64,000 nt of DNA from a bacterium (lineage in GTDB: Bacteria > Zhuqueibacterota > Zhuqueibacteria > Residuimicrobiales > Krinioviventaceae). Below the pieces are notes generated by a model that made no database searches, was not told the DNA's origin, and was given only the letters and a program-made list of their open reading frames with translations. Shown one piece after another: positions 50,945 through 60,676 of the stretch (position 1 is its first letter; every line of letters starts with the position of its first letter). A program made the translations under genes and the position numbers. The stretch is taken from assembly GCA_963693055.1 (NCBI GenBank), contig OY843751.1, positions 4,768,001-4,832,000 on the forward strand. The letters run 5' to 3'.

Positions 50945-50962
50945 GGCTGCAACACCTCCTTT
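50945..50962 (-). promoter_or_regulatory. Extended Shine-Dalgarno-like element (long complement of the 16S rRNA 3' end) in the TBDR leader
   Basis: mRNA strand AAAGGAGGTGTTGCAGCC, about 120-135 nt upstream of the ATG; the gene has its own AAAGGAGG RBS. Confidence 0.5.
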
Positions 50963-51526
50963 CACTCACTTTAAAACCGTTAATTGTTAATGTATCTATC
51001 AATAATTAATAATTATAAACTTAATGATTTCATTCATATATTTTACAATAGTTTACAATTCAAAAAAGAGCAAAAAAATATACTTTTTAATTGTATTACT
51101 AAAAATCTTATCAGAAAAAAATTGATTAAATATTGTCGATAAAGCTTGCGCTCTGTTGAATGTTATAGGAAAGATATGGTAGCAAGTTCTTAACATTTGT
51201 CCTCGTGGTTTAACATAGCTTAATATTTAAAATACTAAGCCACGTAACAAGTTGATAATGTTAATAGTTAAATTATTTGAATATATACAATTGCATTATT
51301 TTATATCAAATTAATATTGTTACTTTATTTAGCAACTCTGAAAAAAAATCTACAAATCTTTACATACAAATTTTAACATATTCTAATATAAAACTTATCT
51401 GTATATGGTGCAATGTTTTTTTCGTCAATCCTATTTTTTTTGTAAAACAATGTAAACTGAATTCTATTACATTAAACCTATAAAAAACATTACACTAGAA
51501 AGAATTTTTATCATTTTGATATTTTT

Positions 51527-53086
51527 TTATTTAAAAGTGGGGTTATATTCACCTCTTTTTTTGAAACCTTTGAATTGTCTCATGCGACTAAAACGCGGAT
51601 AGCTCTCAAAAATATCACCATTGCCAGTCACCCGAGGATCTCCCTGTACTTTTAACAATTCAAACAAACGGGTTTTTAATTCAGAAAGCGTAACCTGATA
51701 TTCTGCTACCTGTGCCAAATTCTCAATACAATCCGGATCTTTTTCCAGGTCAAACAATTCACTTTCAGGTCGTTTGGCCATAGCCATTTCGAAATATTTT
51801 TTATATCCTTTTTTATCCTGATTGTCAATCAAAAGTGTTTTGGATGGGCATCCATCAATATCATGAAAGCCTTCAGGATCGCCGGAGCCAAAAGGATCGC
51901 CCGCCGGCCAACGGTCTGGCTTAAAATTGTGGATATATAAATATTTTCCTGTATTGATTGCCCGACTGGGATACCCAAAATTCTCAGGTCGGGCATGGGT
52001 ATGTCTTTCACGACCGGTAAGTACATAATCCCTTTCTGCATCTATTGTTCCGGATTTATCAGAATACAGTAACGGCACAAGGCTCTTGCCAATCATATCC
52101 GGATGGGGTTGTACACCTGCCACTTCAAGGAATGTGGGTGCATAATCAATAAAACTCACCAAATCTGAAATTTTTCGATTTTTTTTAATCTTTTTAGGCC
52201 AGCGCATGGCCAATGGCAAGTGGGTTCCATGGTCATATAAATTTGCTTTGGCCCGGGGGAATGGCATTCCATTGTCAGCAGTTACTACAACCAGGGTATT
52301 CTCCAACTCGCCATTTTTCTCCAAAAGTTCAAGAATACGGGCCAGGTGCATATCAAACCATTCTATCTCTGTAGCAAAATCCAGCATATCGCTGCGGATT
52401 TCGAGTACATCCGGTAAATATTTGGGGACATCAACATCATCGGGATTTTTCCCTTGTTGTATGCCCGCACCTTTTAAATAAGAACGATGCGGTTCATGCG
52501 CGCCATACCAAAAGAAAAAAGGTTTTGATGCATCACGTTTTTCAAAAAACAATTTAAAATTTGAAGCATAGTCAGTGTTACTGATCCCCTTGGGTGCTTC
52601 CATCTTCTTTTCATTATATTCCGGCCCCACAGGATTCCGGCTCCAGCCTGCGTCTTTCCAGTTACCCGGTGCCCACGGTTTACCGGTGTAACCCAACTGG
52701 TACCCTGATTCTTCAAGCATGTCTGTAAATACAGTGAATTTCTTGGGAAAGAGACTGGCGTGTGTACCGGCTTCTTCAAGCTGCCAGATATTTCGACTGG
52801 TAAGGATTGATGCACGTGAAGGACTGCATTGCGGAGCAACCGCATAAGCCCGTTCAAAAAGAACACCTTCTTTAGCTACGCGGTCAAATGCAGGAGTCTT
52901 TACATATTTACATCCCGATATGCCCGTGTATTTCCAGGTCTGGTCATCTGATATTGCAAACAAAATATTGGGGGGCGACACTTTTGGAGCAGTGCAACTG
53001 TTCAAAGATAGAATGGAAAATCCTGCTAAACCTGTCCCCATTCGTTTTAAAAATTCACGTCTTTGAATTGTTTGCATATCAGACAC
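51527..53086 (-). CDS. Cys-type sulfatase (sulfamidase-like), probable Tat lipoprotein
   Basis: QRREFLK, PNILFAISDD, CSPSRASILT, HEPHR, TADNGMPFPRAKANLYD.G, GRERH. Confidence 0.92.
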   Translation of the reverse strand: MSDMQTIQRREFLKRMGTGLAGFSILSLNSCTAPKVSPPNILFAISDDQTWKYTGISGCKYVKTPAFDRVAKEGVLFERAYAVAPQCSPSRASILTSRNIWQLEEAGTHASLFPKKFTVFTDMLEESGYQLGYTGKPWAPGNWKDAGWSRNPVGPEYNEKKMEAPKGISNTDYASNFKLFFEKRDASKPFFFWYGAHEPHRSYLKGAGIQQGKNPDDVDVPKYLPDVLEIRSDMLDFATEIEWFDMHLARILELLEKNGELENTLVVVTADNGMPFPRAKANLYDHGTHLPLAMRWPKKIKKNRKISDLVSFIDYAPTFLEVAGVQPHPDMIGKSLVPLLYSDKSGTIDAERDYVLTGRERHTHARPENFGYPSRAINTGKYLYIHNFKPDRWPAGDPFGSGDPEGFHDIDGCPSKTLLIDNQDKKGYKKYFEMAMAKRPESELFDLEKDPDCIENLAQVAEYQVTLSELKTRLFELLKVQGDPRVTGNGDIFESYPRFSRMRQFKGFKKRGEYNPTFK

Positions 53087-53094
53087 CTCCTGAT

Positions 53095-53670
53095 TTATTC
53101 TAATAAATTTGCCTTCTTGTACTTCTTGATTGAAGCTTGCGTACCTTTATCTAAAATATAGGTCAAAGCTTGAGAAGATTTTTCAATAACAAGGGGAAGA
53201 TCTTCTTTTTCATTGGGTTTAAAACCACCCAACACATATGCGGAAACATCTTCACCCTCCGCGGGACGAGAAACACCAATTCTGAACCGATAAAAATCAC
53301 GGGTACCCAGCCGTTGCGCAATGGATTTTAATCCATTGTGTCCGCCCAGCCCGCCACCTTTTTTAACATCCAGGTAGCCAAAATCCAGTTCAATATCATC
53401 ATAAACCACCAACAGTTCTTCCGGTTTAATTTTGAAAAAATGCAAGAGCTCTTGAACGGACTCACCGCTTTTGTTCATATAGGTCAACGGTTTCAGGAAA
53501 TAAACCCGTTCCCCGTTAAACACCTGCACCGCGTACACTCCTCTGAACTTTTTAACCCAGCTAAGCTGTTGTAAAAACTGGCAACATTCCGATATCATCC
53601 AACCCATATTATGACGAGTACCGGAATATTTTTCGCCGGGATTTCCTAAAAACGTTACAAATCTGAACAT
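53095..53670 (-). CDS. pth: Peptidyl-tRNA hydrolase
   Basis: LGNPG.KY..TRHN.G, KPLTYMN.SG, DDIEL, GGHNGLKSI, RFRIGV. Confidence 0.95.
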   Translation of the reverse strand: MFRFVTFLGNPGEKYSGTRHNMGWMISECCQFLQQLSWVKKFRGVYAVQVFNGERVYFLKPLTYMNKSGESVQELLHFFKIKPEELLVVYDDIELDFGYLDVKKGGGLGGHNGLKSIAQRLGTRDFYRFRIGVSRPAEGEDVSAYVLGGFKPNEKEDLPLVIEKSSQALTYILDKGTQASIKKYKKANLLE

Positions 53671-53704
53671 AAAAAATCTTTCATTTTAGTTTAATTTATT
53701 TACA

Positions 53705-54421
53705 TCAAAAAGCAAAAGAAAAATGAACCATTAAAGGTTGAGTTGATTCAGGCGCCTTGCACTCCAAAAGTTCTGAAAATCCTTTTCCAATTAATGTGCC
53801 CAAAACAGCCCCGGCAACAACATCCGAGAACCAGTGCCAGTTTGAATGAATGCGCTGCAACCCGGTCACCGTTGCCATGGTATACGCAGGCACTCCCACA
53901 TCCGCTCCATATAGTTCATACATGACAGAAGCCACAACAAAAGAGCTCGATGTATGTCCCGATGGAAACGAATATTTGTTCTGCTTGCCCGGTCGTTCAC
54001 GTTTTACCAGGGATTTTACCGCAAATGCTAAAACTCCATTTACGATAAATGCTTCATTGTAAACCTGAAGATAATCTTTAAACTCTACCTTGGGGCGGTT
54101 ACTGCTCCAATACTCTGCTGTAATAAAAGCATTTCCAATGATCCAGTTCCAACCATTGCCATACATATCGGCTACATGTGATACCAGCCCTGGCATTAAA
54201 TTACCCTGAAAGCTATTTTTCACACTATGGTCAAAGAAAGTAGCACCGGCTATACCTCCGGCAGCCAGTAAATAGTATGGATCGTTAAAACTGTTATGTA
54301 CTCCATCCCCTAAACGATGAATATAATCTTCGGTCCTGCTTGCAAACGAGGCAGACATGCATTGTGTGACAATGAATAATAATAGAAAATATACAGAATA
54401 TCTGCATAATGAGCAATTCAT
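53705..54421 (-). CDS. PAP2 family phosphatase
   Basis: K..VKRERP, SFPSGHTS, RI.SNWHWFSDV. Confidence 0.88.
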   Translation of the reverse strand: MNCSLCRYSVYFLLLFIVTQCMSASFASRTEDYIHRLGDGVHNSFNDPYYLLAAGGIAGATFFDHSVKNSFQGNLMPGLVSHVADMYGNGWNWIIGNAFITAEYWSSNRPKVEFKDYLQVYNEAFIVNGVLAFAVKSLVKRERPGKQNKYSFPSGHTSSSFVVASVMYELYGADVGVPAYTMATVTGLQRIHSNWHWFSDVVAGAVLGTLIGKGFSELLECKAPESTQPLMVHFSFAF

Positions 54422-54424
54422 AAT

Positions 54425-55411
54425 TTATCCAAAAGGTTGAATTACAGTGATATTATTGAAAACGGTTTGTATATCAGATAAATTTGAGGATTGAAACAAC
54501 AATTTCACATTAGGGCCCGCATCAATGGTTATATATACCGGTATTCCCTGCGATCTCATTTGCCAAACCTTGTGAAATACAGCAACGGTTTCCGGCTGCC
54601 AATACAATACCGGCGGCCAGGTGTCGATCATGGTTGCATGCATTGCCAGCGCATTTGATTCGCTTGACCTTCCCAACAAATCAAAATCCTGTGTTTTTAA
54701 TGCGGCCAAAATCGCATCCAAATCTTTTTCAACCCGTTTGGGCCAGTTTTGATAAAAAACAGACGTGTCTACGGTTCGGTTCATAGCGACACGGGAGCTG
54801 ACAGGTTTTTCCGATTCGGTTACATGCACAATACCAATGCAAAAGCCCGGCCATTCAAATGGCAGCCGTTTGGCAAAACTGTCCATACCATCGTCAAGCT
54901 CCCCCCGCTCCCATAAAACAAATCCCTGATAAATGGAGCGACAGGCGCTGCCGCTCCCCATTCTGGCAAGAACAGATAACTGGTCATTGCTCAATACGTT
55001 ACCCAAAAAATCATTGATGGCCATAACCAGGGCAGCATATCCCGAAGCGGACGATGCAAGTCCCGCCGCAGTGGGAATATTGTTTTCCGTTTCTATTGAA
55101 AAAAATTGATCCACAGGTCTAAACATGTCTAAAAACGCAATTAAGCGTTTTACAAAAACAGATTCAGAATCTATCAATTTTTTGTTCAACAAAACCTTAT
55201 CCGCTTTACTATTTAGAGAAATTGCAGTGCGTGTTCCCAGGCAACCCAAAGAAACGGACAAGCTCGAGGTTGCTGGTAAATTCAATATTTTATCACGCTT
55301 ACCCCAATATTTACACAAGGCAATATTAGAGGGCGCAAAAGCTGATCCTGTTTCTTTTACAGGCTCAATGACACTCGGCAGGAATTGTTTAACAATATCA
55401 AATGTATTCAA
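54425..55411 (-). CDS. mvaD: Diphosphomevalonate decarboxylase
   Basis: APSNIALCKYWGKRD..LNLP.TSSLS, PTAAGLASSASG, AR.GSGSACRS, TIDAGPNVK. Confidence 0.95.
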   Translation of the reverse strand: MNTFDIVKQFLPSVIEPVKETGSAFAPSNIALCKYWGKRDKILNLPATSSLSVSLGCLGTRTAISLNSKADKVLLNKKLIDSESVFVKRLIAFLDMFRPVDQFFSIETENNIPTAAGLASSASGYAALVMAINDFLGNVLSNDQLSVLARMGSGSACRSIYQGFVLWERGELDDGMDSFAKRLPFEWPGFCIGIVHVTESEKPVSSRVAMNRTVDTSVFYQNWPKRVEKDLDAILAALKTQDFDLLGRSSESNALAMHATMIDTWPPVLYWQPETVAVFHKVWQMRSQGIPVYITIDAGPNVKLLFQSSNLSDIQTVFNNITVIQPFG

Positions 55412-56324
55412 CGCGCAATCCTTCTCTGCTTATTGACAGCGGCAATGTCTGGTAGCCAGTAGGTTTACCTGTACCTACTGCCACAACACAATCCCCCAGG
55501 CCTGAACCGGAAATCTTTGAGCCCAATATACCATCCTCTGAACGGAACGCACAATTAATTTCAGCCAGCAATTTATTACTTACACCAATGGCATCCATTA
55601 ATCCCTGGTTCACATTCAGGATCTCGCCAAAGGATTTCCAATCTTGCCTTTTTATTGCTTGCACAGCACGCTCAACACTTGTGTCCATAAGATCAAAAAT
55701 ACTTTTATACAATTCCGGTTGAGCATTGCACCCCTTGTTCACAATATCAATTACTTTAACGGTAGGTAATTTACTTCCAGAATAAATCACGGTTATGGGG
55801 AAAATCTCATTCAGGGATTCTAACTCCAGAGGAACCATACGATAACTCGCAACACCACCAAACACACTGGCAGCCAGGTCAGCACCGGAACCAGTACCTT
55901 GAACCGTATGTATGACTTTTAATCCCTGGTCAAAGATTTCTCTCTTTATGATCTCTTTACCCGTGAGTTGACAAATTCCTCCAAGCATAGCAGCAGTTAC
56001 CGCTGCGGAAGATCCCAGCCCAACCTGGTCTGAAAAATCTGTAGTTATTAAAAGATCAAATCCAAACTCGAGTTTCTGACCGAATTGTCGTATAGCTTCC
56101 AACACAAACCTGAATTTGGGATGGTCACTCAACATTTCAAGGGAACTATTGTATTCTCCAAGATCTGATTTTATATGGATTTTTGAATCATTGCGCTTTG
56201 AGAAATCAAGATACATCCGTTGATCTACAGCACAAACCAATGCGCGCCTGCCACGTAGCACGGCATGCTCTCCTAAAAGAAATAATTTACCAGGGGCAGA
56301 TACCCTAAATGATTCTTGCACCAT
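55398..56324 (-). CDS. Phosphomevalonate kinase (GHMP); start reassigned to ATG 56324
   Basis: MVQESFRVSAPGKLFLLGEHAVL, GLGSSAAVT, SGADLAASVFGG, KISGSGLGDC; GAGG RBS before 56324. Confidence 0.8.
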   Translation of the reverse strand: MVQESFRVSAPGKLFLLGEHAVLRGRRALVCAVDQRMYLDFSKRNDSKIHIKSDLGEYNSSLEMLSDHPKFRFVLEAIRQFGQKLEFGFDLLITTDFSDQVGLGSSAAVTAAMLGGICQLTGKEIIKREIFDQGLKVIHTVQGTGSGADLAASVFGGVASYRMVPLELESLNEIFPITVIYSGSKLPTVKVIDIVNKGCNAQPELYKSIFDLMDTSVERAVQAIKRQDWKSFGEILNVNQGLMDAIGVSNKLLAEINCAFRSEDGILGSKISGSGLGDCVVAVGTGKPTGYQTLPLSISREGLRVEYI

Positions 56325-57303
56325 TTTCCTCAACGCTAATAGGATATACAGAATACCCAAATTCATCAACAATTTCCGGATCAACCTTTCCGGCGAACAT
56401 AACAATACCCGCATTCTCACCTCTTACCGCACCTGCGCCACATGTTTTTGCCGCGCCACCCATATTTTCAATAATAGATATAAATTTTTGAACTTTTTCA
56501 GGTACCACTCCAATTTGGGTCAACAATGTATGGTTACTGCGAACAGACTGTAAAAATCTATTTTCATTCTGCAATTCCAAAGATGATTGCATTGTTTCAG
56601 TGACATCTTTAAACTCAGACCAGATACTGCTGTTCGCAAAATTTTCTCTTACCATATTTACACATTCACCGGTCCCTGAAACCGGTTTTCCGGTATAGGC
56701 AACATTCAACGCCCAAACAGGTGATTGTATTTTTTGTGCCTGCTTGTTCCGATATTTTACACATCCACCATGCAGAGCAATATATGGATCAACACCACTG
56801 GAACGGCCATGCAACAGATTTTCTGCTTCCAATGCAAGATTATAAAACGGTCCATCATCTTTAACATGTAAATGTGTGGCCATGGCCAATAGTGAGCTTA
56901 CAATAACAGATGCCGAAGATCCCATACCACCCCCAATTGGTAGTTGAGATGTAACTGTTAAATCGAATCCTTGTTCCGGAATTAAATTGTAATTTTCTGT
57001 TAAACTTGTGATCAAATAAACAAACAAATGAACAGGATCAGTTAAAACCTGGCTAATTTGAATTTGTCCATCTATATAATTTTTATATTTTATTAACAAT
57101 TCATTTCTGATCTCTGGCAATTCCGCAATAGCAACACTTTTGTTAATACCAAGATCAGGTAACTGAACTAAAATATCTTTAATTTTTAATGGTTTAACCT
57201 GGCATGTAGAAAACCGGTCAACAGCCATAACCAGGGCCGGGTTTCCATAAACTACCGCATGCTCTCCACTGATAATGATTTTACCGGGAGCAACAGCCCT
57301 CAC
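56305..57303 (-). CDS. mvk: Mevalonate kinase
   Basis: APGKIIISGEHAVVYG.PAL, PIGGGMGSSAS, AE...HG.SSGVD, AAK.CGAG. Confidence 0.88.
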   Translation of the reverse strand: MRAVAPGKIIISGEHAVVYGNPALVMAVDRFSTCQVKPLKIKDILVQLPDLGINKSVAIAELPEIRNELLIKYKNYIDGQIQISQVLTDPVHLFVYLITSLTENYNLIPEQGFDLTVTSQLPIGGGMGSSASVIVSSLLAMATHLHVKDDGPFYNLALEAENLLHGRSSGVDPYIALHGGCVKYRNKQAQKIQSPVWALNVAYTGKPVSGTGECVNMVRENFANSSIWSEFKDVTETMQSSLELQNENRFLQSVRSNHTLLTQIGVVPEKVQKFISIIENMGGAAKTCGAGAVRGENAGIVMFAGKVDPEIVDEFGYSVYPISVEENGARII

Positions 57304-58469
57304 TCTATCTCCTGATAGATGCGTTTCTGGTTCTGAATACCTGCCAATCGAAAGCGACCGGTATTGTGTTTTTTAATTTCAATATCTTTATCAGATTTGG
57401 TATAGGCATTATAAAATTTAGAGTATTCCGTATATGTCAGAGATTTTCGATTGTTTAAAAAGTCCTGACGTTCTTTTGTATGCAAATATTTTTCATAACC
57501 GGTCAAAATCTCACCACTGAAAAACTCGCCTACACATCCGGAACCATAACTGAACAAACCAATGGTTTTTCCGGTCAAATCGTTAGAGCTATTATCAAGC
57601 AGAGACAATAATCCTAAAAATAAAGAGGCTGCATAGGTATTGCCAACTATCCGGTTATAGACCAAAGATCTTTCAATCTGGGCCATAATCTCTTCTTCTG
57701 TCATTTCTTTTTCGCAAAATGATTTTGCAAGATGGAAATGCGCCTTTTCTCCCATGCGGGAAAAAGGTAAATGATAACAAAAATAATCACAATCGGGATA
57801 AGTTCTACCGGATTCTCGGCTATATTGCTGCCAAGATTCTGACAATGCTTTTAAATACATTTTAATAGAAAATTTGCCATCTACCAGCGCTTCATCGCGA
57901 TAGTTGGGACGCCAAAAATCCATAACATCTTCTGTAAACATGCCAGATTCCGGGTGAAACATTAAAATACGCGGATTTGCTGAAATCACCAAAGCTACTG
58001 CACCTGCACCCTGTGTGGGTTCACCTGCCGAACCCAGACCGTATCTGGCAATATCAGATGCAACTATCAATATCTTTTTGTCTGGCTTGGCATAAATATA
58101 AGGTATTGCCATTTGAATTGCGGCTGCTCCACTATAACAGGCCTGTTTGAGCTCAAACACTCTGCAATTTTTATTTAAATTTAACAATTGATGTAAATAT
58201 ACGCCTGCGGCTTTAGATTGGTCGATTCCTGATTCTGTGGCAAACATGACGGTATCTATTTTTTCCTTGTCAATACCTTCAAGTGCCTTGAACGCGGCAT
58301 TTGCGGCCAGAGTTACTACATCTTCATCGGGAGGTGGTGTAGACATTTTTTCCTGTCCTATTCCACTGTAATATTTAGATACCGGTATATTGCGCTCGTT
58401 TGCAATTTCTTCCAGATCCAGATAATAATGCGATGTAGCAAAATCAATTGATTCGATTCCAACTTTCAT
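57300..58469 (-). CDS. mvaS: Hydroxymethylglutaryl-CoA synthase
   Basis: ATESGIDQSKA, ELKQACY, DIARYG...GEPTQGAGAVA, DFWRP, GNTY, FSYGSG. Confidence 0.96.
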   Translation of the reverse strand: MKVGIESIDFATSHYYLDLEEIANERNIPVSKYYSGIGQEKMSTPPPDEDVVTLAANAAFKALEGIDKEKIDTVMFATESGIDQSKAAGVYLHQLLNLNKNCRVFELKQACYSGAAAIQMAIPYIYAKPDKKILIVASDIARYGLGSAGEPTQGAGAVALVISANPRILMFHPESGMFTEDVMDFWRPNYRDEALVDGKFSIKMYLKALSESWQQYSRESGRTYPDCDYFCYHLPFSRMGEKAHFHLAKSFCEKEMTEEEIMAQIERSLVYNRIVGNTYAASLFLGLLSLLDNSSNDLTGKTIGLFSYGSGCVGEFFSGEILTGYEKYLHTKERQDFLNNRKSLTYTEYSKFYNAYTKSDKDIEIKKHNTGRFRLAGIQNQKRIYQEIE

Positions 58470-58481
58470 AAATAACCTTTT

Positions 58482-59519
58482 TCAGATAATATTGTTCCAG
58501 TTTATAATTAATGAAAAATTACGATGTAATGCTTTAATATTTTTCATGCTCAGCAAAAACATTGCTGTAACAAATTCTTTTTTTAAACGTTCAATCACCT
58601 CAATAACCTTTTCGGGTGATTCCATTGCAGGTTTTAAAAAAGGCTTGGCAATACCACATAATGTAGCTCCAAGCACCACCGATTTTACCATATCGATACC
58701 GTTTCGAACACCACCTGAGGATGTCAATGTAATGCTATTGTGGTATTTTGACAAATTCTTGAGAGCTATAGGAGTAGGAATTCCCCAATCCTGAAACAGC
58801 TCGCCCAAACCTTTGCCATCATTATTTCGATAGTCCTCAATACGGCTCCATGAAGTACCACCGGATCCGGCAACATCAATATACCGAATTCCTGCTTCAA
58901 TTAATAATTCAGTATCTATCTCTGATATACCCGAGCCAACCTCCTTAACGATTAGCGGTACAGACAAATTTTTGACAGTATCTGACATTTTATCTTTCAA
59001 ACCGGAAAAATCGGTATCCCCTTCCGGTTGAATTGCTTCCTGTAATGGATTCAGATGAAAATACAGCGCATCAGCATCCAATATTTCTATTGCACGTTTA
59101 CAATGCATCAGATCAAATCCATAATTGAACTGCACCGCACCTAAATTTGCAAATAACAAGGCATTAGGAGCAAAGGATCGCAGATCAAAACTTTTTTCAG
59201 CCTTAACATTTTTAAACATTACCCGTTGTGACCCCACGCCCATAGCCACACCGGTTTCCTGGGCTGCAATCGCACAATTTTTATTTATTGTTCTCACCAA
59301 CTCATGATCTCCACCCGTCATGGACGAAATCAATAGTGGAAAGGAAAGACGCTTGCCCATATAGAGAACAGAGGGATCAACTTCTTTAATAGAAATTTCT
59401 GGCAATGCCCGATGAGTCAACCGGATAGTATCAAAATAGTTTTTACCCCTGTCTATATGTTCTTTATCATTTACTATATTGATGTGTTGAACTTTGCGCT
59501 CGTTGGTGAGGTCGCTCAT
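58482..59519 (-). CDS. fni: Type 2 (FMN-dependent) isopentenyl-diphosphate isomerase
   Basis: RK..HI, SSMTGG, GVGSQR, HLNPLQE.IQPEGD, KEVGSG, G.GGTSW, WGIPT. Confidence 0.95.
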   Translation of the reverse strand: MSDLTNERKVQHINIVNDKEHIDRGKNYFDTIRLTHRALPEISIKEVDPSVLYMGKRLSFPLLISSMTGGDHELVRTINKNCAIAAQETGVAMGVGSQRVMFKNVKAEKSFDLRSFAPNALLFANLGAVQFNYGFDLMHCKRAIEILDADALYFHLNPLQEAIQPEGDTDFSGLKDKMSDTVKNLSVPLIVKEVGSGISEIDTELLIEAGIRYIDVAGSGGTSWSRIEDYRNNDGKGLGELFQDWGIPTPIALKNLSKYHNSITLTSSGGVRNGIDMVKSVVLGATLCGIAKPFLKPAMESPEKVIEVIERLKKEFVTAMFLLSMKNIKALHRNFSLIINWNNII

Positions 59520-60553
59520 TATCTCTCCATAGACTCATGCGTTTGCATCAGCTCTCCGGGGTTTGTCAATGCTGCAAGTAAAGACAATTCTCCACATAAT
59601 ACGGTGGCAGCGGCAATGACTGCAAGGCGTTTTGCATTTTCACCGGGTTCTCTTTTTTTAGTACAGCCCAACAATTCAAGATTTTTGTTTACAAATGTTA
59701 AATCCTTACCATTGCCTACCGTGCCCACAATTAAATGGGGCAAAGTTACTGAAAAATACAGGTCTTCATTCCGCTGTTGTGCAAAAACAAATCCCTGAGA
59801 ACCTTCCACAATATTGGCTGCATCCTGACCTGTTGCCAGATAAAATGCCAGTAACATATTGGCAAAATGGGCATTAGCACTGCGCAGTCCACCGGCCAAC
59901 ATTGATCCCATTAAATTCTTTTTTAAATTCAGATCAACTATCTTTTCAGGTGTCGTTTTCAGGTAACGGGTGCAGAGCTTTCTTGGAATTGTTACCTCTG
60001 CAATAACATTACGGCCACGCCCCAATATTCCATTCACAGCAGACACTTTTTTATCTGAACATAAATTACCTGAAACAGAAACATATTCCAGTTCCTTAAA
60101 TTCGTTCAACAACCATTCCAAAAAAGCATCGGCAGCTTTGGTCACCATATTATGACCGGAAGCGTCACCGGATTGAATTTCAAGACGGATATATAATAAA
60201 TTTGCAGTTAATTGATGATGAATATCCAAAAATGCTGCAAATCTGCTTGTAGATTCTACAACTGTTTTAACCCGCTCACGATTCGTATGCAAAAACTGCA
60301 CTACATTTAACGCATATAACGCATCAGGAGCTTCTACCAATACAGACCTTGTCATCCGGTCGTCAACTACAACAGCCTGAATACCACCCGAACGTAACGT
60401 AACACGGGCACCACGATTTGTTGAAGGCCATAAAGGAGATTCAAAAGTGGCCATGGGGACCACAATTTCTTCATTCACTATCGGCCCTTTAATTAAAACA
60501 GGACCTATGGTCTGCATTGGAATTTGTGCAAATTGTTCGGGATGTTCTCCCAT
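59519..60553 (-). CDS. mvaA: Hydroxymethylglutaryl-CoA reductase, short class-I-like bacterial type
   Basis: VPMATFE, GDASGHNM, SGNLCSDKK, GRG, NAHFAN, ATGQDAA, GTVG.G, GELSLLAA. Confidence 0.92.
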   Translation of the reverse strand: MGEHPEQFAQIPMQTIGPVLIKGPIVNEEIVVPMATFESPLWPSTNRGARVTLRSGGIQAVVVDDRMTRSVLVEAPDALYALNVVQFLHTNRERVKTVVESTSRFAAFLDIHHQLTANLLYIRLEIQSGDASGHNMVTKAADAFLEWLLNEFKELEYVSVSGNLCSDKKVSAVNGILGRGRNVIAEVTIPRKLCTRYLKTTPEKIVDLNLKKNLMGSMLAGGLRSANAHFANMLLAFYLATGQDAANIVEGSQGFVFAQQRNEDLYFSVTLPHLIVGTVGNGKDLTFVNKNLELLGCTKKREPGENAKRLAVIAAATVLCGELSLLAALTNPGELMQTHESMER

Positions 60554-60676
60554 GAATTGATTACTCGCTTTTGTTTCGAATTAATCTACTAATTTAGAGT
60601 TTTTTTTAATTTATCCAAGATTTAATCTGTATATACAGCAAGAATATTCGAACAAAATCCCCCATAAAAAAATTCT

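Noticed and set aside
50945-50963. 16S rRNA gene fragment
   Set aside because: Only about 18 nt resemble the 16S 3' end; the flanks are AT-rich intergenic DNA with no rRNA similarity.
51277-51483. 68-aa ORF in the long AT-rich intergenic region
   Set aside because: TTG start, no RBS, composition typical of non-coding DNA.
56325-56420. N-terminal 32-aa extension of phosphomevalonate kinase in the ORF track
   Set aside because: It overlaps mvk; the GHMP fold and a good RBS point to ATG 56324.
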